Below are positions 57,189 to 64,000 of a stretch of DNA of 64,000 nucleotides, piece by piece. The translations under genes were made by a program, and so were the position numbers. The DNA is from Hyphomicrobiales bacterium. Lineage in GTDB: Bacteria > Pseudomonadota > Alphaproteobacteria > Rhizobiales > OSC116. The number at the start of each line of letters is the position of its first letter. Positions within the stretch are counted from its first letter, which is position 1. The notes beneath the pieces are model-generated. The model ran no database searches. It saw only the letters and a program-made list of their open reading frames with translations, and was not told the origin of the DNA. The stretch lies in the NCBI GenBank assembly GCA_051531935.1, contig JAOPTR010000007.1:283420-347419 (forward strand). Direction: 5' to 3'.

Positions 57189-57968
57189 ATGACCGAATAT
57201 AACACTATAATTACCGAAATTCATGGCCGCGTTGGGCTGATTAAGTTCAACAAACCGCAAAGCCTCAATGCCTTGGCGACCGACATTGCAAGCGAGCTTG
57301 CCGATGCCGCCCACAGCTTTGAAAATAATGACGACATTGGCGTTATTATGCTCACAGGCGAAGGCAAAGCATTTGTAGCAGGGGCAGATATTGCTGAAAT
57401 GTCTAAGCTCAATTATCAAGATATGTATAAGGCCGAATATTTTAAAGGCACTCACGATGTGGTGGCCGATTTAAGAAAACCAACCATTGCTGCTGTTAAC
57501 GGTTTTGCCTTAGGTGGTGGCTGCGAATTGGCGCTTATGTGCGATATGATAATCGCTTCTGACCGTGCTAAATTTGGACAACCCGAAATTAATTTAGGCA
57601 CAATTCCTGGCATGGGTGGCTCGCAACGTCTTGCCCGCACCATTGGCAAACAATTAACTATGGATTTATGCCTAACTGGCCGCATGATTACTGCGGCAGA
57701 AGCCAAGGAAATGGGCTTTGTCAGTAGGGTTTTTGAAAGTGATACCTTCCAAGCCGAAGCCATGAAAGTCGCGCAGGAAGTCGCCAGTAAATCTACAGTT
57801 GCAGCAATGCGGGTTAAAGAGGTGGTCAACAGAGCTTATGAAACCACCCTGCAAGAAGGATTGCTTGCCGAACAGCGACTATTTTACACCACATTCACCA
57901 CGCATGACCGCCAAGAAGGCATGCAGGCATTTTTAGACAAACGCGAAGCCAAGTGGAAGCATTGCTAA
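57189..57968 (+). CDS. Enoyl-CoA hydratase (methacrylyl-CoA hydratase role)
   Basis: 259 aa crotonase. KAFVAGADI, NGFALGGGCELALMCD. Confidence 0.85.
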   Translation: MTEYNTIITEIHGRVGLIKFNKPQSLNALATDIASELADAAHSFENNDDIGVIMLTGEGKAFVAGADIAEMSKLNYQDMYKAEYFKGTHDVVADLRKPTIAAVNGFALGGGCELALMCDMIIASDRAKFGQPEINLGTIPGMGGSQRLARTIGKQLTMDLCLTGRMITAAEAKEMGFVSRVFESDTFQAEAMKVAQEVASKSTVAAMRVKEVVNRAYETTLQEGLLAEQRLFYTTFTTHDRQEGMQAFLDKREAKWKHC

Positions 57969-58000
57969 AACCAATTACATTTTAAAAACAGGAAAATATC

Positions 58001-59497
58001 ATGCAAAAATTCAATCATTTTATCGACGGTGTCGCTGTTGACAACACATCTGGCAACAGCCAAGCGGTTTTCAACCCAAGCCTAGGCGTTCAATCTGGTG
58101 AAGTGGCATTAGCCTCCGTTGCCGAAGTAGACGCTGCGGTTGCCAGTGCGCAGGCCACTTTTCAAACTTGGCGCCACACATCTCCGCTCGTCAGAGCGCG
58201 GTTAATGAATAAGTTTCTGGCCATTTTAAATGAGCGCAAACGCGAGCTTGCAACTCTAATTTCCGAGCAACATGGTAAAACCATTTTAGATGCTGAGGGC
58301 GAGGTTATTCGGGGCATCGAAGCTGTTGAATTTGCCTGCGCTGCACCGCATTTGTTAAAAGGCGAGTTTAGCGACAATGTCTCTACTGCAATGGATATGT
58401 ATTCCATGCGCAAGCCATTGGGCGTTACGGCTGCCATCACTCCGTTTAACTTTCCTGTTATGGTGCCAATGTGGATGGTTGCCATCTCAACCGTTTGCGG
58501 TAATTGCGTGGTGTGGAAACCATCTGAACGCGACCCTGCAGCCCCATTGCGCATTGCCGAATATATGATTGAAGCTGGCTTTCCAAAAGGCGTGATGAAC
58601 GTTGTGAATGGCGACAAAGTGGCCGTCGACCGCCTCACTGAGCATGAAGACATAAAAGCCGTTAGTTTTGTGGGTTCAACACCCATTGCTAAATATGTTT
58701 ATGACCGTTCGCACATTCACAATAAAAGATGTCAAGCTATGGGCGGCGCAAAAAATCATATGGTTATCATGCCAGATGCCAATATCGAAAACACAACAAA
58801 CGCTTTGTTAGGCGCAGCTTACGGCTCTGCGGGCGAGCGCTGCATGGCTATTTCGGTTGCGGTTTGTGTGGGTGATGACACTGCCGATAAAGTGATCGCG
58901 TCGTTAACGCCAAAAATCGAAGGCCTTAACATTAATCATTCTATGGATGAAAAAGCCGACTATGGCCCATTGGTGACAAAGCAACATCGTGAAAAGGTAA
59001 TTTCATATATCGAAATGGCCGAAAAAGAAGGCGCAACATTGCTTATGGATGGCCGCGGCTTTAAGTTAAGCGATGCAAAATATTCAGACGGCTACTTTTT
59101 AGGCCCGACCTTAATTGATAATGTAACTGCGGATATGCAATCTTACAAAGAAGAGATTTTTGGCCCCACTTTGCAAATCATTCGGGTGAATAGCCTAGAG
59201 GAGGCCATTCAATTAGCCACCGACCATGAATTTGGCAACGGCACTTCAATATTTACCGAAAATGGTGCAGCAGCGCGTCAATTCTCTGACAATGTAGAGG
59301 TGGGTATGGTTGGCATTAATGTACCAATTCCAGTGCCAATGGCTTTCCATTCATTTGGTGGTTGGAAAAATTCGGCATTTAATGAGCATAATCAGCATGG
59401 GATGGAAGGCATTCGTTTTTACACCAAAGTAAAAACAGTGACCAGCCGTTGGAAAGGCGGCGAAAGCGCCGAGTTTGTCATTCCAACACTCAGCTAA
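58001..59497 (+). CDS. mmsA: CoA-acylating methylmalonate-semialdehyde dehydrogenase
   Basis: 498 aa ALDH. ITPFNFPVMVPMWM, catalytic Cys in SAGERCMAIS. Confidence 0.88.
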   Translation: MQKFNHFIDGVAVDNTSGNSQAVFNPSLGVQSGEVALASVAEVDAAVASAQATFQTWRHTSPLVRARLMNKFLAILNERKRELATLISEQHGKTILDAEGEVIRGIEAVEFACAAPHLLKGEFSDNVSTAMDMYSMRKPLGVTAAITPFNFPVMVPMWMVAISTVCGNCVVWKPSERDPAAPLRIAEYMIEAGFPKGVMNVVNGDKVAVDRLTEHEDIKAVSFVGSTPIAKYVYDRSHIHNKRCQAMGGAKNHMVIMPDANIENTTNALLGAAYGSAGERCMAISVAVCVGDDTADKVIASLTPKIEGLNINHSMDEKADYGPLVTKQHREKVISYIEMAEKEGATLLMDGRGFKLSDAKYSDGYFLGPTLIDNVTADMQSYKEEIFGPTLQIIRVNSLEEAIQLATDHEFGNGTSIFTENGAAARQFSDNVEVGMVGINVPIPVPMAFHSFGGWKNSAFNEHNQHGMEGIRFYTKVKTVTSRWKGGESAEFVIPTLS

Positions 59498-59538
59498 TAA
59501 ATGTCTTAAAAAACAAAGCCTCTATTCGAGGTGGCGTT

Positions 59539-59568
59539 GGCTTTAATGTGGTACCCCTCATTAAAGCC
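59539..59568. terminator. Stem-loop between convergent mmsA and recQ
   Basis: GGCTTTAATG-N10-CATTAAAGCC forms a perfect 10-bp stem. No clear U-tract on either strand. A smaller hairpin (GCCTC..GAGGT) lies just upstream. Confidence 0.45.
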
Positions 59569-59576
59569 ACAGGCAG

Positions 59577-61415
59577 CTAGCTTTTTTCGGCATCACTCAT
59601 TAGAACCTCTAGAAATTTCTCCCCGTATCGTTCTAGCTTGGTTTCTCCAATGCCGTTAATGGCTAGCATTGCCTCTAAAGATTGCGGCTTTTGGCTTGCC
59701 AATTCAATCAGCGTTCTGTCATGGAAAATAACATAGGCAGGTAATTTATTGGCTTTTGCAAGCTCGGCTCTGGTGTCTCTGAGTGTTTCAAAAAGATCTT
59801 TGTCTTGATCGGTTTTAAGTGCCTCACTGGCATTTTTCTTACTTTTCCCTGAGCTTTGGCCTGAACTTCGACCAGAGCTTTTGCTTGGTATGGGCGGTTT
59901 ACGCAGTTGAATTATTTGTTTTTCTTGTAAGAAAACTCTACCCTTGTCGGTAATGCTTAAGCCACCATGCCCTGCAATATCCACCTCTAATAGGTTTTGC
60001 GCAACCAATTGCCGAAAGATATTTTGCCATGCCTTCTTGTCATGCTCGGTGCCAATTCCAAAAGTAGTTTGCTCGTGGTGACCAAAGCTCTTAATGCGTT
60101 CATCGTCTTTGCCCAATAAAATATCAGTTAAATAACCAACGCCAAACCTCTGGCCAGTTCTATGCACGCAGGATAAAGCTTTTTGCGATGAAACAGTGCC
60201 GTCAAAAGTTTCGGGCTTTGTTTGGCATGTATCGCAATTTCCACATGGCTCAGATTGATCGCCAAAATATTTCAGTAAAATTTGTCGGCGACAAGTGACC
60301 GCTTCACATAACCCCAAAAGGGCATCGAGTTTTTGATGTTCTATGCGTTTTTGGTTTTGGGTGGCATCAGAATTATTAATCCACCCGCGCTGCATGCCTG
60401 CATCGTCCATACCATATATCATATAGGCCTCAGCGGGTTGCCCATCACGCCCCGCACGGCCAGTTTCTTGGTAATAAGCTTCGATGTTTTTGGGTATATT
60501 CATATGTACCACAAAGCGCACATCTGGTTTATCTATGCCCATTCCAAAAGCAATGGTCGCCACCATAATTATTTTATCTTCCCGCAGAAATCGCGTTTGG
60601 TTTTTGCTGCGAGTTGGTGTGGGCAGCCCAGCATGATAAGGCAAGGCATTCAAACCTTGCTCTTGTAACCAAGTTGCCGTTTCCTCGACTTTTTTACGCG
60701 AAATGCAGTAAATAATACCGGCATCATCGGCATGATTTTGTGTGATGAATTTATGTAATTGTTGCTTGGGATTGTTGCGGTTCGCAATGGCATAATTTAT
60801 ATTCGGGCGGTCAAAGCCATCAATAAACATATGTTCAATAGGTAGGTTTAGGCGCTCTACAATGTCTTTACGGGTTGGCTCATCGGCCGTGGCGGTTAAA
60901 GCAATGCGCGGCACATCAGGAAAACGCTCGCTAAGTAACGATAATGCAGCATAATCTGGTCTGAAATCATGCCCCCATTGCGAAACACAATGCGCTTCAT
61001 CAATGGCAAACAGCGATATATTACATTTGTCTAAAAATTCCAAAAATTCAGGCATTACAAGCCGTTCGGGCGCAACATATAGCAGGTCTAACTCACCATT
61101 TATGGCTTGCGCGCGTATATTCTGCGCTTCCTGATATGACAATGTGGAATTAATAGCCCCTGCCGAAATCTCAAGCTGCTCCAGTGCATCAATCTGATCT
61201 TGCATCAACGCAATAAGTGGTGAAACCACAATGGCAACACCTTCGCGACAAAGCGCAGGAATTTGATAACAAAGCGATTTACCACTACCTGTCGGCATTA
61301 AAACAAAGGCACTGCCACCATCAATAACATGCGAAATAACATCGGCTTGTTGCCCACGAAATGCGTCAAAACCATAACGTTGTTGCAATATTTCTAGTGG
61401 TTTGTTCATAATCAT
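59577..61415 (-). CDS. recQ: ATP-dependent DNA helicase RecQ
   Basis: 612 aa. MPTGSGKS, DEAH box FAIDEAHCVSQWGHDFRPDY, Zn-binding Cys cluster C..CGNCDTC, and a C-terminal HRDC-like region. Confidence 0.95.
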   Translation of the reverse strand: MIMNKPLEILQQRYGFDAFRGQQADVISHVIDGGSAFVLMPTGSGKSLCYQIPALCREGVAIVVSPLIALMQDQIDALEQLEISAGAINSTLSYQEAQNIRAQAINGELDLLYVAPERLVMPEFLEFLDKCNISLFAIDEAHCVSQWGHDFRPDYAALSLLSERFPDVPRIALTATADEPTRKDIVERLNLPIEHMFIDGFDRPNINYAIANRNNPKQQLHKFITQNHADDAGIIYCISRKKVEETATWLQEQGLNALPYHAGLPTPTRSKNQTRFLREDKIIMVATIAFGMGIDKPDVRFVVHMNIPKNIEAYYQETGRAGRDGQPAEAYMIYGMDDAGMQRGWINNSDATQNQKRIEHQKLDALLGLCEAVTCRRQILLKYFGDQSEPCGNCDTCQTKPETFDGTVSSQKALSCVHRTGQRFGVGYLTDILLGKDDERIKSFGHHEQTTFGIGTEHDKKAWQNIFRQLVAQNLLEVDIAGHGGLSITDKGRVFLQEKQIIQLRKPPIPSKSSGRSSGQSSGKSKKNASEALKTDQDKDLFETLRDTRAELAKANKLPAYVIFHDRTLIELASQKPQSLEAMLAINGIGETKLERYGEKFLEVLMSDAEKS

Positions 61416-61618
61416 GCCTATCTGAAAATAAAAAGCGCTTATTGCATCATTTCAAACAACAGCATTAAACAAGTTTAGCTGATTATGCAGCATTTTTTTA
61501 CCGATGCAATCACCCATTCACAACTATACCACGTGAAAGCCTCAGCATGTTTTGATTAAGCGTTTGGCTTCATATATAGTGAGGCTAAATTGGCAGAATT
61601 CAAAAAGGGAAATATATA

Positions 61619-62680
61619 ATGAGTGACCAAAAAAAACTCTCCAGACTTGCGCTTGTACTCGAAAAACAACACGAATTGAGCTTGCGTGAAATTGAACTTG
61701 CCAATGATTTAGGCGCGACAGATGTGCAGATTAAAATAGACGTTGTTGGCATTTGCGGCAGTGATGTGCATTATTACACCCATGGCGCCATTGGGCCATA
61801 TGTTGTAAATGCGCCCATGGTGCTTGGCCATGAAGCCGCAGGAACAATTGTAAAAATTGGCGACGATGTTAAAGATTTTAAAATCGGCGACCGCGTTTGT
61901 ATGGAGCCAGGTATTCCTAATCTTTCATCCCGCGAATCTAAAATGGGCAAATATAATGTCGATCAATCGGTTGAGTTTTGGGCAACACCGCCTATCCATG
62001 GATGTTTAACAGATGAGGTTATTCACCCCGCAGCTTTCACCTATAAATTGCCAGATAATGTAAGTTTTGCTCATGGCGCGATGGTCGAGCCATTTGCAAT
62101 TGGCTTACAATCAGCCAGCCAAGCTAAAATTATGCCAGGCGATATTGGTTTGGTTATGGGCGCAGGGCCCATTGGCGTGCTTACAGCGCTTGCTGCTTTG
62201 GCAGGGGGCTGCGCTAAAGTTTATATTACCGATGTGGTGCAAGAAAAACTAGATGTTGCCGCGCAATATAATGGCATCATCCCTATTTTGGTGACAGATG
62301 CCGATACGGTTAAAACCAAAATTGACGCTGATACCGATGGTTGGGGTGTGGATGTTCTGTTTGAATGCAGTGGCCATCCTTCGGCTTATAACGGTATTTT
62401 TAGCGCCATTCGGCCTGCGGGTTGCTTGGTATTTGTTGGTATGCCTGTCGAGCCAATTGCATTGGATATCGTGGCGGCACAAACCAAAGAAATACGCATG
62501 GAAACAGTGTTCAGATACGCCAATATCTATAACAGAGCCATTGATATCATTGCAGCCGATAAAATAGATTTATCACCGCTGATATCAGCCACATATGAAT
62601 TTAAAGATAGTATTGAAGCGTTCGAACGTGCAGCTGCAGGGCATGCTAGCGATGTAAAATTGCAAATAAAAATGCCATAA
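61619..62680 (+). CDS. Zn-dependent MDR-family polyol dehydrogenase (sorbitol/L-iditol dehydrogenase-like)
   Basis: 353 aa. [29 protein letters not shown]. Confidence 0.8.
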   Translation: MSDQKKLSRLALVLEKQHELSLREIELANDLGATDVQIKIDVVGICGSDVHYYTHGAIGPYVVNAPMVLGHEAAGTIVKIGDDVKDFKIGDRVCMEPGIPNLSSRESKMGKYNVDQSVEFWATPPIHGCLTDEVIHPAAFTYKLPDNVSFAHGAMVEPFAIGLQSASQAKIMPGDIGLVMGAGPIGVLTALAALAGGCAKVYITDVVQEKLDVAAQYNGIIPILVTDADTVKTKIDADTDGWGVDVLFECSGHPSAYNGIFSAIRPAGCLVFVGMPVEPIALDIVAAQTKEIRMETVFRYANIYNRAIDIIAADKIDLSPLISATYEFKDSIEAFERAAAGHASDVKLQIKMP

Positions 62681-62795
62681 CAAGTCTAGATTCTGTTCGC
62701 AATAAGAACAGTTTGAGATAAAGTTTGCCATTCGCCAGTTTTTACCTATTCTGTTTGCTAATTGTACTCGGGTTGCAACCAATAAGGCTGAATAT

Positions 62796-63698
62796 ATGAT
62801 CGAGCAAACCATAATCGCTACGGATGGACATAAAATCCAAACCTATATTTGGCCAAACGAGCATGCCAAGGCATGGGTGCATATTCTACATGGCATGGCC
62901 GAACATGTTATGCGTTATGATGATTTTGCACAAAGTCTGGTTGCGGCAGGTTATAGCGTTGTGGCACATAATCATCGTGGCCATGGCTCGGGTGAAGGCA
63001 CAATTTTGGGTCAATATTCCGATCAGGTGAATTGGCAAAATTTCATACAAGACATCACAAGCGTTCGTGGCGAAATATGCAGCGATGATAGACCTTATTT
63101 TGTATTTGGCCACAGCATGGGCTCATTTATTACGCAGTCTTATTTGGTAACGCAACCCAAAGACATTGCAGGGGTAATATTATCTGGCTCTAATTATGCC
63201 GCGGTTGTCACGTCAAAATTTGCAAGGCTTGTGGCAAAAATTGAACGCTTTAGAGTGGGGCGACAAAATTCTAGCGGTGTCTTGCAATTTATCACCTTTG
63301 GCAGTTTTAACCAAAAGTTTAAACCCAATCGTACCATATGCGATTGGCTATCGCGCGATCCAGATCAGGTGGATAAATATATTGCCGATCCATTAAGTGG
63401 CGCCACAAGCAGTAGTGCCTTTTGGCATGATTTTTTTGATAGCTTTGTCGAGCTTTTTACTCCAGCGAATTTTAAAAAAATCAACGCTGATATTCCGCTT
63501 TATATAATGGGCGGCACACACGACCCTGTTGGAGAAATGGGCAAAGGCTTACCTAATTTATACAATGCCTATATAGCCAATGGTCAAAAAGACGTATCGT
63601 TAAAGCTATACGAAAATGGCCGCCATGAAATGCTGAACGAAATTAATAAAGATGAAGTTACAGCTAACATTATCAACTGGCTTCAAGCGCACAATTAA
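62796..63698 (+). CDS. Alpha/beta hydrolase (lysophospholipase / monoacylglycerol lipase-like)
   Basis: 300 aa. HGMAEH..., nucleophile elbow GHSMGS. Confidence 0.75.
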   Translation: MIEQTIIATDGHKIQTYIWPNEHAKAWVHILHGMAEHVMRYDDFAQSLVAAGYSVVAHNHRGHGSGEGTILGQYSDQVNWQNFIQDITSVRGEICSDDRPYFVFGHSMGSFITQSYLVTQPKDIAGVILSGSNYAAVVTSKFARLVAKIERFRVGRQNSSGVLQFITFGSFNQKFKPNRTICDWLSRDPDQVDKYIADPLSGATSSSAFWHDFFDSFVELFTPANFKKINADIPLYIMGGTHDPVGEMGKGLPNLYNAYIANGQKDVSLKLYENGRHEMLNEINKDEVTANIINWLQAHN

Positions 63699-63739
63699 TC
63701 CTCGTGCATAAGACATAGCCTAGTTATCAAGGAATTCTA

Positions 63740-64000
63740 ATGCCTAACCTATTGCGTAAACCTACCTCTAAAACGGGTAAATTGCACGACATTTCAGCAC
63801 AAGATGCCAATTGGCAATATGTTGGTTTTGGCCTTTATCACCTAAAAGCAGGCGAAAGCGCTGCCGAGCTTACTCAAGATAATGAAGTGATTTTAGTGTT
63901 TGTTGAAGGCAAAGCAAAAATCACCGCCAGTGGCCAAGATTTTGGTGAGCTTGGCGACAGAATGAATGTATTTGAGCAAAAACCACCTGTAAGTGTTTAT
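63740..64000 (+). CDS. iolB: 5-deoxy-glucuronate isomerase, N-terminal part (runs off the window)
   Basis: Not in the ORF track because no stop falls inside the window. My translation is MPNLLRKPTSKTGKLHDISAQDANWQYVGFGLYHLKAGESAAELTQDNEVILVFVEGKAKITASGQDFGELGDRMNVFEQKPPVSVY. It matches the IolB N-terminus pattern (LLRKP ... ERKPxxSVY). Confidence 0.8.
   Translation, partial: MPNLLRKPTSKTGKLHDISAQDANWQYVGFGLYHLKAGESAAELTQDNEVILVFVEGKAKITASGQDFGELGDRMNVFEQKPPVSVY

Noticed and set aside
58162-58686. 174-aa ORF on the minus strand inside mmsA. The window has many similar long antisense ORFs: 22735-23181 in the dehydratase, 6449-6823 in the serine hydrolase, 43575-43997 and 40349-40687 in LysR genes, 26525-26899 in gguA, and 57452-57829 in the crotonase.
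   Set aside because: Each lies fully antisense to a gene with clear family motifs. Each has a low-complexity, Ser/Pro/Ala-rich composition typical of shadow frames. None has a recognisable motif or RBS.
42290-61415. I looked for a phage-defence or restriction-like system built around the methyltransferase (42290-43114) or the RecQ helicase (59577-61415), and for toxin-antitoxin pairs, CRISPR arrays, retron-like or tandem-repeat structures anywhere in the window.
   Set aside because: The methyltransferase has no nuclease, specificity or ATPase partner. RecQ has the full housekeeping architecture (DEAH, Zn-finger, HRDC) and stands alone. I saw no direct-repeat arrays or paired small ORFs.
61471-61500. 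Weak GCTG..CAGC hairpin followed by T7 in the recQ / polyol dehydrogenase intergenic region, together with an 8-bp inverted repeat ATTGCATC..GATGCAAT (61441-61510). I considered it as an orphan terminator or sRNA.
   Set aside because: The stem is only 4 bp. No upstream promoter or conserved structure is discernible by eye. The repeat arms are 54 nt apart.
62693-62711. CTGTTC-N7-GAACAG hairpin after the polyol dehydrogenase gene, considered as a terminator.
   Set aside because: The stem is only 6 bp and the following T-run is poor (TTTGAG). It may still function, but the evidence is insufficient.

Overview
All calls below come from reading the supplied ORF translations and the raw sequence by eye. 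No homology search, RNA folding or statistics were run. The window looks like a contiguous chromosomal segment of a fairly AT-rich Gram-negative bacterium. The chvE-gguABC operon with a divergent GbpR-like LysR regulator suggests an alphaproteobacterium, but that guess is tentative. Most of the window is uptake and catabolism modules, including five complete binding-protein-dependent ABC importers.

- 1-9.9 kb: a MurNAc/GlcNAc (cell-wall amino sugar) salvage operon. It holds murR, murQ, a CUT1-type ABC importer, a beta-lactamase-fold serine hydrolase, a BadF-type sugar kinase, nagA and nagB.
- 10-11.4 kb: an orphan 12-TM membrane protein next to a decayed IS transposase fragment.
- 11.4-18.8 kb: a LacI-controlled operon with a CUT1 ABC importer, a xylose-isomerase-like TIM-barrel protein and a Gfo/Idh/MocA oxidoreductase. 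A perfect 16-bp palindromic operator sits upstream.
- 18.9-29.5 kb: chvE-gguABC fused to an oxidative non-phosphorylative pentose (L-arabinose type) pathway, with a GbpR-like regulator.
- 29.5-36 kb: galM, a GntR regulator and a ytfQRT-yjfF-like galactofuranose ABC importer.
- 36-44.5 kb: a mosaic of single genes. These are an MCP, an NmrA-like reductase with TetR, LysR with an SRPBCC protein, a decayed lipoprotein fragment, a Methyltransf_32-like methyltransferase, an RRM RNA-binding protein and another LysR.
- 45-59.5 kb: the most unusual part. A Liv-type ABC importer carries two adenylate-forming enzymes (one with a degenerate P-loop) and a Nudix hydrolase inside the operon. It runs directly into the distal valine/isobutyryl-CoA pathway (ACAD, HIBCH, mmsB, crotonase, mmsA) with no BCKDH in view.
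- 59.6-64 kb: recQ, a polyol dehydrogenase, an alpha/beta hydrolase and the start of iolB.

No rRNA, tRNA, CRISPR array, intact mobile element or recognisable phage-defence system was seen.
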